Of a DNA stretch of 64,000 bases, positions 29,988 through 39,640 are shown in pieces. A model generated the notes under the pieces. That model was given only the letters and a program-made list of their open reading frames with translations. It had not been told where the DNA came from and did no database searches. The DNA is from an uncultured Verrucomicrobiae bacterium (GTDB taxonomy: Bacteria > Verrucomicrobiota > Verrucomicrobiia > Chthoniobacterales > JAATET01): assembly GCA_963719495.1 (NCBI GenBank), contig CAVRCI010000002.1:608001-672000 (forward strand). Direction: 5' to 3'. The position numbers and the translations under genes were made by a program. Within the stretch, counting starts at the first letter, position 1. Every line of letters begins with the position of its first letter.

Positions 29988-30089
29988 AGCGACGAACGGC
30001 CTCCGCATAAGCCGACGAAAACGGGGGGAGGACGTCCCGTCCTCGCGTTTGGATCGAGAGGGCGGGACGCCCTCTCCCCCTTGGGTGAT
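29988..30089. repeat. ~100-bp REP-like direct repeat, copy 1
   Basis: Aligns with 31340-31442; shared core GAGGACGTC.CGTCCTCGCGTTTGGATCGAG with two hairpins. Confidence 0.8.
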
Positions 30090-30215
30090 CAAGTATTCGT
30101 CGGGCTCTGGGAGTGGATTGCGATCATGCTGACGGGGTTCTCGGTTTTCCGAAGCCGGTTGATCGTGGTGTGAAATGGGGGACGCTTGATCACGAATTAC
30201 TCCGAATGACGCTCC

Positions 30216-30228
30216 CGTTACGTGTATC
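30216..30228. promoter_or_regulatory. Putative LacI-family operator
   Basis: CGTTACGTGTATC, identical to 36640-36652 next to the intact lacI-type gene. Confidence 0.55.
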
Positions 30229-30319
30229 GGTCCTTGCCCCGTGCGCATTCGGGAGTCTTCCAACAAGTTTGGTTCGAACTCAACTCATTCGAAGTCACGA
30301 AGTTAATCCCCACCCTCCT

Positions 30320-31198
30320 ATGAAAATAAGCAAATCCCTCCTCCGTTTCCTCCTCATCCCAGCGCTCCCGTTAGCTATGGTCTCCGCTGAAGCGGCGACG
30401 CAAGGATACTGGCGTTTCGAAGACTCACCTGGCTTCTTGCTCGATTCCTCGGTTAATGGACTGACGCTTTCAACAGCCGGGACGGCTCCAGTGCAGACGG
30501 CCATCCCGCTCACTGGGAACGGAAGCGCCTTTCCAACGGTTATTCCGCAAACTGGATCAGCTAACGCGAAATTTGCGGACAACGGCGGAGCCAACGGGCA
30601 CTTCTTTGTTGCCGACCCATTTACCGTCACTAATTTCACGCTTGAAGCCGTGTTGAACCGCGAAGTCCAATCGACCTCGACGCAGTACATTCTCTCACAG
30701 TGGACCGGATTGGGGAATCAGCGGAGTTACGCTTTTGGCGTGTCGGGATCGAATGGCGTTGGGGGCGGTCCGGCTAATGAACTCTTCCTGCTCCTAAGTC
30801 AGGCGGGTTCCACGACCAGTGTTTTCGGTTCTGGACTGATTCTTGGGCTGAATACTGACTACTACGCGGGTGTGAGTTTTGACCTTGGCAATACTGCCTC
30901 CGGCATCAAATTTTACTCACAAAATCTGACTTCAGGCGGAGCTTTGCAGACGGCGTCTGTTGGCCACTCGCTGACGGCTCTCAACGACTCGACCACTCTC
31001 CTGCGGATTGGAGGTTTTGATGCGAATGACACCAATCGTTTCAACGGTCTGCTAGACGAGGTGCGAATTTCCGATTCCGTACTGGGAACATCCGATCTGC
31101 TCGTGACGGCTGTCCCGGAGCCTAACACGACCTTCGCCGTTCTCCTCGGTGGGGTCGTCATGCTGCTGGTCTACCGCCGCCGGAGCCGCCAGGCCTGA
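30320..31198 (+). CDS. PEP-CTERM protein with LamG/ConA-like domain
   Basis: Signal peptide, YWRFE, NFTLEA, LRIGG...FNGLLDEVRISDSVL, VPEP + TM + RRR. Confidence 0.9.
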   Translation: MKISKSLLRFLLIPALPLAMVSAEAATQGYWRFEDSPGFLLDSSVNGLTLSTAGTAPVQTAIPLTGNGSAFPTVIPQTGSANAKFADNGGANGHFFVADPFTVTNFTLEAVLNREVQSTSTQYILSQWTGLGNQRSYAFGVSGSNGVGGGPANELFLLLSQAGSTTSVFGSGLILGLNTDYYAGVSFDLGNTASGIKFYSQNLTSGGALQTASVGHSLTALNDSTTLLRIGGFDANDTNRFNGLLDEVRISDSVLGTSDLLVTAVPEPNTTFAVLLGGVVMLLVYRRRSRQA

Positions 31199-31339
31199 TC
31201 TGAGAGCTTAGAGATACCTTTTTAGGGGTGAGCGGCTCGTCGATTTTCCGGCGGGCCGCTTTTCCTTTGGGGGGACTGGCTTCGAACGTTCGAAGTTGCG
31301 GGCTGCGACGGGTTTCTCCGAATGCTGAAGCGTTGGCAA

Positions 31340-31442
31340 AGCGACGGGCGGCCTCCACGGGAGCCGATGGAAACGGAGTGAGGACGTCTCGTCCTCGCGT
31401 TTGGATCGAGGGGGCAGGAGGCCCACTCCCCGCTTGGCTGAT
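31340..31442. repeat. ~100-bp REP-like direct repeat, copy 2
   Basis: Aligns with 29988-30089. Confidence 0.8.
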
Positions 31443-31469
31443 ATCGTCGGCCATTAATTTGAAACTTCC

Positions 31470-31913
31470 CTAAAGAATCACGTAGATGCCGTCGGGATCG
31501 TCTTCGACGGAGAACGACTCGAGATCTTCGGAGGCGGGCGGTTCGAAGTCGGTCGACGCGAGGGGGAGGGACTTCAGCTTCGACCGCTCGTCGACGAGGT
31601 GTTGCCCGGTCAGGAGATCGAATTCCCAGCCGTGCCACGGGCAGCGGAGGACGCGCTTCTCCTCGGAGTAATCGTATTCGTAGACGGCGGATGGCAGGGT
31701 CGTGCTGGAGACTGGGCCGCGACAGACGGGGGCTCCGGCGTGCGGGCAGACGTAGCGGTAGGCGCGGAACCCATTTCCGCCGCGGAAGATCCCGAGTTCG
31801 ATGGCGCGGTTGCCGAGTTGGACGGTGACGACTTTTCCCGCGTCGAGCGGGATTTCGGACCGGCTGGCGACGCGGTTGCGGTTTTTTCCTTTCGACTTCG
31901 CGTCGGCGCTCAT
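31470..31913 (-). CDS. Rieske [2Fe-2S] ferredoxin, copy A
   Basis: CPHAG...[12 protein letters not shown] overlaps the upstream stop codon. Confidence 0.9.
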   Translation of the reverse strand: MSADAKSKGKNRNRVASRSEIPLDAGKVVTVQLGNRAIELGIFRGGNGFRAYRYVCPHAGAPVCRGPVSSTTLPSAVYEYDYSEEKRVLRCPWHGWEFDLLTGQHLVDERSKLKSLPLASTDFEPPASEDLESFSVEDDPDGIYVIL

Positions 31914-33016
31914 CGCGCCCAATCCGGTGCCGTGGGGAGACCGTAAAGCTCGGCGGCGGTCTGGCCCATGACCCGGGATTTCAATTCCGGCGACATCCGG
32001 GGGAGGGCCATTTTCGGATTGTCGAAATCCCAGTGCGGGTCATCGCTAGAGAACATGAGCGTGCGTTTCGCGTCGATCATTTCGAAGATTTGGAGGATGT
32101 GCTCGCTGTTCTCCGGTTCCTCGATGGGTTGGGTCGTTAGCCGGAGGTGATCCTTGATGTATTCGGAAGGGAGTCGTTTCAGCCAGGGCGTCGTCGAGCG
32201 CAGGGCTTTATAATTTTTATCCATCCGCCACATCAGGTGGGGCAGCCAGGCGACACCGCCTTCGATGGCGACGAACTTGAGTCCCGGAAACTTTTCGAAA
32301 ACCCCTTCGCAGATGAGGCTGTTCACGTGGGCCATGTAATTGATCGGCAGGATGTTGTGCCATTCCATGTACCGGGTTGGGTAGCCCGCGGGCGTCGGCG
32401 GTCCCGCGATACCCAGGCCCTCCGTGCCGGGATGCACGGCGACCGGGAGACCGTTGCGTTCGGCGGCTTCGTAGATTGGATGATAAGCGCGCTGGCCGAA
32501 GAGCTGATTCGATCCGCTGCACATGATGGTCTGGACCATCGCGGGGTGACTCCCCATACGGTCGATCTCCCTGGCCGCTGCGGCTGGATCGGGGTGGTTG
32601 ATGAGGATCGATCCGCGGAATCGGGGGCTGAAGTTCAGCCATTTCTCCACCAGAAGATCATTGTAGGCGGACGCAATGGCGCTGCCGTGGTCGGGGTCCG
32701 GGGAGAGGGAGATTCCCAAAACGCTGGAACCGGTCAGCACGGTATAGTCGATGCCGTAGCGGTCGAGGTGGTCGTCGATGACGTGCTGGGGATCGCTGCC
32801 GGGTGTGCCGCCACCGGGTGATTGCGCGTCGGATCGCATCACCCCGATGGGCGAGCGGTAGAGTCCCGGTGCGGCGACGGCGGACGTGCGTTTCACGTAT
32901 TCCGCCCAATAGGTCGAAAGGTGCGGCAGGAACTCTTCGGTCGCAAACGCGTTGTGCACGTCGGCGTCGATGAGCGAGGCGCGATCGGCGGGCGCGGTGA
33001 GTGGCGGTTCGGTCAT
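31910..33016 (-). CDS. Amidohydrolase_2-fold metalloenzyme, copy A
   Basis: [23 protein letters not shown] (Tyr of SSDYPHWD replaced by Asp). Confidence 0.88.
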   Translation of the reverse strand: MTEPPLTAPADRASLIDADVHNAFATEEFLPHLSTYWAEYVKRTSAVAAPGLYRSPIGVMRSDAQSPGGGTPGSDPQHVIDDHLDRYGIDYTVLTGSSVLGISLSPDPDHGSAIASAYNDLLVEKWLNFSPRFRGSILINHPDPAAAAREIDRMGSHPAMVQTIMCSGSNQLFGQRAYHPIYEAAERNGLPVAVHPGTEGLGIAGPPTPAGYPTRYMEWHNILPINYMAHVNSLICEGVFEKFPGLKFVAIEGGVAWLPHLMWRMDKNYKALRSTTPWLKRLPSEYIKDHLRLTTQPIEEPENSEHILQIFEMIDAKRTLMFSSDDPHWDFDNPKMALPRMSPELKSRVMGQTAAELYGLPTAPDWAR

Positions 33017-33069
33017 AGGGCTGGGTGCTCACTTGACAGCAGCGGTCCGGAGTTTTCACGCTAAGGCCT

Positions 33070-33087
33070 GGCGTTACGCCTAACGCC
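33070..33087. promoter_or_regulatory. Putative LacI operator (inverted repeat)
   Basis: GGCGTTA-cgcc-TAACGCC immediately before the ATG; TTGACA at 33033. Confidence 0.55.
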
Positions 33088-34126
33088 ATGGCGCCGCAGC
33101 AAGCAGACGAAAGTTTTCCGTCCGATCCCCCGCGTCTGGAGCACGTTGCAAGGCGGGCGGGGGTGTCGAAGATGACCGCATCCCGGGCGCTGCGAAACGC
33201 GTCGGAAGTGAGTGCCTCCAACCCGGCAAAAGGTGCTCACCGCCGCCGAGGAGATCGGATACCGCCCGAATCCGTTCGTGCAGACTTTCATGGCGGGAGT
33301 GAGGCGGCGGCGCGTGTCGCACGACGCCAATCTCGCGTGGGTGACTGATGGCTACAAGACGCATGCCGCCGGGCAAATGATCTGGAAGGGCGCACTGGAT
33401 CGGGCCAATGAGATGGGGTTTGGACTGGACGAGGTGCGGCTGGAACCCGGTGAGTCGAACGCGAGGGATCTGGCACGGGTGCTCGCCGCCCGAGGGGTCG
33501 TCGGAGCCGTGATCGCTCCGTTGAAAGACGCCGGGACGATTGATTTTCCCTGGGAAAAATTCCCCGTCGCGTCCATCGGTCGTTCGTTGGTTGAGCCGCC
33601 GACGCACTACGTGATGGCGCACCTGTATCACATCATGGCGCGGGCGTTGGCGGAGTTGGACCGGCGGGGGTATCGGCGGCTGGGGTTTCTGAATACGCGG
33701 GCGATGGACCTGCGCTTCGATCATGCCCCGCTGTTGAGCTTTCAGATGACTCGCTCGGAGAGTGGGGACGCGATTCCCAAGCGACCGGCCGTGTTCTGCG
33801 ATGGCTGGAAAACGGCGGACTACCGGAAATGGCTGCGGGAAACCCGACCCGATGCCGTGGTGGCGGTGCTTCCGTCGATCTACAAAAAGCTTCTTGAAGC
33901 ACGGGCCGAGATTCCGAACCGCATCGGGTTTGTCACGCTCTCGTGGACGGAGGCGCGTCCCGAATGCGCGGGAATCCTGCACCCTTGGCAGGCGATCGGT
34001 GCCGGAGCGGTCGATCTCGTCGTGGCGCAACTCCATCGCAACGAGCGCGGGATTCCCGAGCGGCCCAAGGCGATCCTGTTCGAAGGCGACTGGAAGGAAG
34101 GGGGAACCCAGCCCTTCCGGAGTTGA
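33088..34126 (+). pseudogene. LacI-family regulator, copy A, frameshifted
   Basis: HTH (LEHVARRAGVSKMTASRALRN) is in one frame and the remainder in another; one extra base near 33218-33220 relative to copy B. Confidence 0.82.
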
Positions 34127-34145
34127 TCCCGGTCTTCTTACGAAC

Positions 34146-35555
34146 TCATTTTTTTCGACGCCTCGGAGTTGCCCGAGTCGATGGTGCCGCCCGCTGGATG
34201 AAGTCGCGATACCAGAAGGCGGAGTCCTTGGGGGTGCGGGTTTGGGTCTCGAAGTCGACGTGGACGAGGCCGAATCGTTCGCGGTAGCCTTCGGCCCATT
34301 CGAAATTATCGAGCAGCGACCAGACGAAATAGCCGCTTACGTCGACGCCGTCACTGACGGCGCGTTCGAGGGCGGCGAGGTGGCGCGAGAGGTAATCGAT
34401 CCGCTGGGGATCGTGGCATTGGCCGTCTTCGGAGATCCAGTCGAGCCCGGAGAGTCCGTTTTCGGTGATGATGATCGGGAGTTGGTAGCGTTCGTGGAGG
34501 AAGCGCGGGCCCCAGTAGAGGCTCGCGGGCACGATGTCCCATTTGAAGGCCGTCACGGGAGCGCCGACTGGAGGGGCGACCTTGGCGCGATGGCCGTCGG
34601 GCGTGGCGCGGATGACGTCCGCGTTGTAGATGTTCGCCCCGTAGAAATCGATGGGCTCGCCGATGATTCGCATTTCTTCGTCGGAGTGCGGCGGCACGGC
34701 TTCGCCGAAGGCGCGGAGACCGGCCTCGGGGTAGTGACCGAATACGACCGGATCGCCGAACCACGCGTTGTTCCAGACGTCGCCGGGATGCCCCGGGTCG
34801 CGGTCCTGCCAGTTGCCGTCGACTTCGAACATGGCCTCGCGCGCGGCTTCGACGTTGGCGGGGGAGTCCGACGCGGGCGCGGAGGTGATGCCCACGGGAG
34901 CCCAGCCGATCGTCGGGGGACGCTTCGCGTGCTCGCGGATGACGCGCACGGCTTTCCCGTGGGCGAGCAGCGCGTGGTGGGTGGCGAGGAGGACTTCGTG
35001 GCGACCGTGGCGATCGCCGGGTGCGTGGACACCGCGCTCGTGTCCGAGACCGAGGAAAGCTTGGGGTTCGTTGAGCGTGATCCAATGCGTCACGCGATCC
35101 GACAGCCGGTCGACGACGACGCGGGCGTATTCGGCGAACCAATCCGGGCTCCGCGGATTCAGCCAGCCGCCGCGGCAGTAGAGGCTGTGCGGGTAATCCC
35201 AGTGAAACAGTGTGGCCCACGGCTCGATGTCCGCGGCGAGGAGCTCGTCGACGAGGCGATCGTAGAAAGCCAGTCCGGCGTCGTTGGTCGCGCCCACGCC
35301 GTCGGGCAGGACGCGGGGCCACGAAATCGAGAACCGGTAGGCGGTGAGCCCGAGGTCGCGCATGAGCCCGACGTCGTCGGCGTAGCGTTGGACGTGGTCG
35401 CAGGCGGTGTCGCCGGTGTGACCCTCGCGAATCCGTCCGGGTTGGCGGCAGAACGCGTCCCAGACGCTCAGGCCTTTGCCGTCGGAGCGGGCTGCGCCCT
35501 CGATTTGGTAGGCGGCCGTCGCGGCGCCCCAGGCGAATGTTTTAGGGAAGGGCAT
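34146..35555 (-). CDS. GH1 beta-glucosidase
   Basis: FAWGAATAAYQIEG, TLNEP, ITENG, WSLLDNFEWAEGY; start reassigned to ATG 35555. Confidence 0.95.
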   Translation of the reverse strand: MPFPKTFAWGAATAAYQIEGAARSDGKGLSVWDAFCRQPGRIREGHTGDTACDHVQRYADDVGLMRDLGLTAYRFSISWPRVLPDGVGATNDAGLAFYDRLVDELLAADIEPWATLFHWDYPHSLYCRGGWLNPRSPDWFAEYARVVVDRLSDRVTHWITLNEPQAFLGLGHERGVHAPGDRHGRHEVLLATHHALLAHGKAVRVIREHAKRPPTIGWAPVGITSAPASDSPANVEAAREAMFEVDGNWQDRDPGHPGDVWNNAWFGDPVVFGHYPEAGLRAFGEAVPPHSDEEMRIIGEPIDFYGANIYNADVIRATPDGHRAKVAPPVGAPVTAFKWDIVPASLYWGPRFLHERYQLPIIITENGLSGLDWISEDGQCHDPQRIDYLSRHLAALERAVSDGVDVSGYFVWSLLDNFEWAEGYRERFGLVHVDFETQTRTPKDSAFWYRDFIQRAAPSTRATPRRRKK

Positions 35556-35602
35556 GGCGGGTAATGGTTTGATTTTGGGTTTCGGCGGGGTGGTGAAATC
35601 GT

Positions 35603-36634
35603 TCAAATCCGGCTCGGGAGCGTGCGACCTTCCTTCCAATCGCCTTCGAAGAGAATGGCTTTTGGGCGTGGTGGGATGCCGCGTTCGTTGCGGTGGAGTT
35701 GGGCGATGACGAGGTCCACGGCACCGGCTCCGATGGCTTCCCACGGGTGAAGGATACCCGTGCATTCGGGTTGAGTCTCCGTCCAGGACAAGGTGACGAA
35801 ACCGATCTTGTCGGGAATTTTGGCCTTTGCCTCCAGTAGCTTTTTGTAGATCGAGGGCAGTACGGCGACGACAGCGTCCGGTCGCGTTTCTTTCAACCAA
35901 TTCCGGTAGTCGGCTGTCTTCCACCCGTCGCAGAAGACGGCGGGCCGCTTCGGAGTCGCGGCTTCGCCATCGGCCATCGTCAGCTGGAAGCTCAACAGCG
36001 GCGCGTGGTCGAAGCGCAGGTCCATCTCCCGCGTGTTGAGAAACCCCGGGCGCCGATAGCCGCGCTCCCCCAACTCGGCCAGCGCGCGCGACATCATGTG
36101 GTAAAAATGCGCCATCACGTAGTGCGTCGTGGGTTCGGCCAGCGAGCGTCCGATGGTCGCCACGGGAAATCGCTCCCACGGAAAATTGATCGTGCCGAAC
36201 TCTTTCAAAGGCGCGATCACGGCGCCCACGATCCCCCGCGCGGCGAGGACGCGGGTGAGTTCGCGAGCGCTCGACTCACCGGAAGCCAAGCGCACTTCGT
36301 CAAAACCGAATCCCATCTCGTTCGCCCGCTCCGCCGCGCCCCGGCGAAGCCGCTGACGCGTCGGATGGCCGTGGTCCCCGCTCGTCACCCACGCGAGGTT
36401 GGCCTGATGCCCGACGCGCCGCCGCCGCACGCCCGCCATGAACGTCTGGACGAGCGGATTCGGCCGGTAGCCGAGCTCCTTCGCAGCCGCGAGAACCTTG
36501 TCGCGGGTGGCGGCATTGATCTCCGTTGCGTTCCGCAGGGCGCGCGACACGGTCATCTTCGAAACTCCCGCCAGCTTGGCGACTTGTTCCAAGCGTGGCG
36601 GATCTTTGCTGTCGTCAGTCGACCGGACACCCAT
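35603..36634 (-). CDS. LacI-family transcriptional regulator, copy B (intact)
   Basis: [21 protein letters not shown]...LGYRPNP; start probably ATG 36634. Confidence 0.9.
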   Translation of the reverse strand: MGVRSTDDSKDPPRLEQVAKLAGVSKMTVSRALRNATEINAATRDKVLAAAKELGYRPNPLVQTFMAGVRRRRVGHQANLAWVTSGDHGHPTRQRLRRGAAERANEMGFGFDEVRLASGESSARELTRVLAARGIVGAVIAPLKEFGTINFPWERFPVATIGRSLAEPTTHYVMAHFYHMMSRALAELGERGYRRPGFLNTREMDLRFDHAPLLSFQLTMADGEAATPKRPAVFCDGWKTADYRNWLKETRPDAVVAVLPSIYKKLLEAKAKIPDKIGFVTLSWTETQPECTGILHPWEAIGAGAVDLVIAQLHRNERGIPPRPKAILFEGDWKEGRTLPSRI

Positions 36635-36639
36635 TCGCT

Positions 36640-36652
36640 CGTTACGTGTATC
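36640..36652. promoter_or_regulatory. Putative LacI operator
   Basis: CGTTACGTGTATC pseudo-palindrome just upstream of the lacI-type start, same relative position as in copy A. Confidence 0.55.
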
Positions 36653-36753
36653 AACCGACTTCGCTTGAGTCAAGGCGACGGTCGAGTATGAGTGGAGAAG
36701 GACGATTTCGGGTGGGGATCCGCATCCCGCCGCGATTCGATCCGCACCTTTCC

Positions 36754-37839
36754 ATGGACACCGAACGACCCACCCTCATCGACGCCGACGTGCACAATGC
36801 CTCGGCGAGCGAAGAATACCTGCCCTACCTCTCCAAGTATTGGGCGGAGCACGTGAAGCGCTACTCCGCCGGGGCCGCGCCCGGGCTCTACCGCTCGCCG
36901 ATCGGCGTGATGCGGGCCGACGCGCAACCGCCCGACGGCGGCATGGCCGGCAGCGATCCGCAGCACGTGATCGACGATCATCTCGATGTCTACGGGATCG
37001 ATTATGCCGTGCTCACCGGCTCGGGGATTCTTGGGATTTCGCTGTGCCCGGATCCGGATTACGGAAACGCCATCGCCTCGGCTTACAACGATCTGCTCGT
37101 CGATAAATGGCTGAATTTCAGCCCCCGCTTCCGGGGTTCGCTTCTCATCAATCACTCCGATCCGGTCGCCGCGGCCAAAGAAATCGACCGCATGGGGAGC
37201 CATCCAGCCATCGTGCAGACCATCATGGCCAGCGGATCGAATCAGCTATTCGGTCAGCGGTTCTACCATCCGATTTACGAGGCCGCCGAGCGCAACGGAC
37301 TCCCCGTCGCGGTGCATCCCGGGACGGAGGGGAACGGCATCGCGGGACCGCCGACCCCGGCCGGGTATCCGACGCGTTACATGGAATGGCACAACATCCT
37401 GCCGACGAATTACATGGCGCACCTCAACAGCCTCGTCTGCGAAGGCGTCTTCGAGAAATTTCCGAAGCTTAAATTCGTCGCGATCGAGGGCGGCGTGGCG
37501 TGGTTGCCGCACCTGATGTGGCGGATGGACAAAAATTACAAAGCGCTCCGTTCGACCACCCCGTGGCTGAAGCGGCTGCCTTCAGAATACATCAAAGAGC
37601 ACGTTCGCCTCACGACTCAGCCAATCGAAGAACCCGAGAATTCCGAGCACATCCTGCAGATCTTCGAGATGATCGACGCGCACCGGACGCTCATGTTCTC
37701 CAGCGATTATCCGCATTGGGATTTTGACAATCCGAAAATGGCGCTGCCCCGGATGTCGAAGGAATTGAAGGCGCGGGTAATGAGCGAGACAGCCGCCGAA
37801 CTTTACGGCCTGGACACCGTGCCGCCGAAGGTGTCGTGA
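36754..37839 (+). CDS. Amidohydrolase_2-fold metalloenzyme, copy B
   Basis: [23 protein letters not shown]; start reassigned to ATG 36754. Confidence 0.9.
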   Translation: MDTERPTLIDADVHNASASEEYLPYLSKYWAEHVKRYSAGAAPGLYRSPIGVMRADAQPPDGGMAGSDPQHVIDDHLDVYGIDYAVLTGSGILGISLCPDPDYGNAIASAYNDLLVDKWLNFSPRFRGSLLINHSDPVAAAKEIDRMGSHPAIVQTIMASGSNQLFGQRFYHPIYEAAERNGLPVAVHPGTEGNGIAGPPTPAGYPTRYMEWHNILPTNYMAHLNSLVCEGVFEKFPKLKFVAIEGGVAWLPHLMWRMDKNYKALRSTTPWLKRLPSEYIKEHVRLTTQPIEEPENSEHILQIFEMIDAHRTLMFSSDYPHWDFDNPKMALPRMSKELKARVMSETAAELYGLDTVPPKVS

Positions 37840-38279
37840 GCGCGAATCCCCAGCCGTCGGGCAAAACCCGTCACCGGGTCGCGAATCGGGACGACATCCC
37901 AGCCGACGCCGGGAAGTTGGTCACCGTGCGGCGCGGCGAGCGGGAAATCGAACTCGGCGTCTTCCGAGTCGGCGATGCATTCCGTGCTTACCGCAACGTT
38001 TGTCCGCACGCCGGAGCGCCGGTGTGTCGCGGGCGAGTGAGCGGGACGACGCTGCCGTCGACCGTTTACGAATACGATTACTGCGAGGAAAAGCGCGTTC
38101 TGCGTTGTCCGTGGCACGGGTGGGAATTCGATCTCCTGACCGGACAACACCTCGTGGACGAAAAATCGAAGCTCAAATCGATCCCGGTGACGACGGGCGG
38201 GGAGCAGGCACCCGCCTCGGAAGATCTCGAATCCTATCCCGTTGAGGACGACGCGGATGGGATCTACGTGCTGCTTTAG
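37836..38279 (+). CDS. Rieske [2Fe-2S] ferredoxin, copy B
   Basis: NVCPHAG...[13 protein letters not shown] overlap with the upstream stop. Confidence 0.9.
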   Translation: MSANPQPSGKTRHRVANRDDIPADAGKLVTVRRGEREIELGVFRVGDAFRAYRNVCPHAGAPVCRGRVSGTTLPSTVYEYDYCEEKRVLRCPWHGWEFDLLTGQHLVDEKSKLKSIPVTTGGEQAPASEDLESYPVEDDADGIYVLL

Positions 38280-38326
38280 CGTTGGTCGATTCTCGTGCGC
38301 GCCGCTCGTCTTTACCTACTGGCGAT

Positions 38327-39630
38327 CACGGGTGTCCGGTTGAGGAGAAGCTGATCAATTGTTAATGGTGAGCTGAGAAAGCTTTATGAAGGGAGTATGG
38401 TGTGACGCATTTGAGTTTGAGATGCGAGGCTGACATGATTTGCGGCCATGAATTCAGGCCGATACATTCTTTCCCAAGTTCTTGATTTGGTTCACCGGCA
38501 GACGCTGGACCGTTGTGTGAGACGCTACAACGCCCAGTCGCGAGTTCGGCACTTTGGGTGCCGACAGCAGTTGATCTGCATGGCCTTTGCGCAGTTGACG
38601 TGGCGTGAAGGTCTGCGCGACATTGAAACCTGTCTCAACGCAACGCCTGAGGCGCTCTACCATCTTGGTTTTCGGGAGCCGGTAGCCAAGTCGACTCTGG
38701 CAGACGCCAATGAGTCCAGAGATTGGAGGCTGTGGGAGGATCTTGCCAAGGGCCTCATCGCGAAAGCTAGAGCACTCTACGCCGAGGAAGAGCTTGGGTG
38801 CGAACTCGACAGCACCGTCTACGCACTGGATTCCAGCACCATCGACCTCTCGTTGACGCTCTTTCCGTGGGCGGATTTCCGCAAGACCAAGGCTGGGATC
38901 AAGCTGCATACCCAAATCGATCTGCGTGGACCGATTCCCACCTGCATTCATATTACAAGTGCCCGCGGTCATGACGTTCTCTGGCTCGATGAATTGATTT
39001 TCGAGGCCGGTGCCTTCTACGTCATGGACCGAGGATACATGGACTTCGGCCGTCTCAATCGCATCGTCTCGGCAGGAGCCTTCTTCGTCACTCGAGCCAA
39101 GGACAATCTGCGCTTCGCACGTCAACGCTCCCTTCCTGTGGACCAAAGCACCGGGCTGCGAAGCGATCAGATCGGAAAGCCCAAACTTGCCGCCGCCCGA
39201 GCGGCTTACCCTGGTCTGTTGCGCAAAATCCGGTATTTCGACTCGGAGACTGGCCGCGATCTGGTCTTCCTGACCAACCACCTCGACGTCCCGGCACTCA
39301 CCATTGCCCAGCTCTACCGGATGCGCTGGCGCATCGAACTCTTCTTCCGCTGGATCAAGGGACATCTGCGCATCAAGCACTACTTCGGCACGAGTCCCAA
39401 CGCTGTCAAAACTCAAATCTGGATTGCCGTGTCGGTCTATCTGATGGTCGCCATCCTTCACAAGCAGCTCAAACTCCCCGGAACGCTTCACAGAACTTTG
39501 CAGCTTTTAAGTGTCCATCCATTCGAGAAAACTCCTCTCCATGAACTACTTGCAGAATCGAACTTCAACTCTTTCGCTCCATTGGACTCTAACCAATTGA
39601 GCTTGTGGGACTTATAACCGGACACTCGTG
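38327..39630 (+). mobile_element. IS4-family insertion sequence, intact, 1304 bp
   Basis: TIRs CACG(G/A)GTGTCCGGTT (14/15); 9-bp target duplication ACTGGCGAT at 38318-38326 and 39631-39639. Confidence 0.93.
38448..39617 (+). CDS. IS4-family DDE transposase (DUF4372-type N-terminus)
   Basis: LDSSTIDL, MDRGY, YRMRWRIELFFRWIK (YREK signature). Confidence 0.93.
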   Translation: MNSGRYILSQVLDLVHRQTLDRCVRRYNAQSRVRHFGCRQQLICMAFAQLTWREGLRDIETCLNATPEALYHLGFREPVAKSTLADANESRDWRLWEDLAKGLIAKARALYAEEELGCELDSTVYALDSSTIDLSLTLFPWADFRKTKAGIKLHTQIDLRGPIPTCIHITSARGHDVLWLDELIFEAGAFYVMDRGYMDFGRLNRIVSAGAFFVTRAKDNLRFARQRSLPVDQSTGLRSDQIGKPKLAAARAAYPGLLRKIRYFDSETGRDLVFLTNHLDVPALTIAQLYRMRWRIELFFRWIKGHLRIKHYFGTSPNAVKTQIWIAVSVYLMVAILHKQLKLPGTLHRTLQLLSVHPFEKTPLHELLAESNFNSFAPLDSNQLSLWDL

Positions 39631-39640
39631 ACTGGCGATA

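Noticed and set aside
33205..33230. Programmed frameshift in lacI copy A
   Set aside because: No slippery heptamer at the site and the paralog is continuous; a mutation or sequencing error is simpler.
35556..36179. N-terminal extension of the 677-aa GH1 ORF
   Set aside because: It overlaps the lacI-type gene; GH1 homology starts at 35555.
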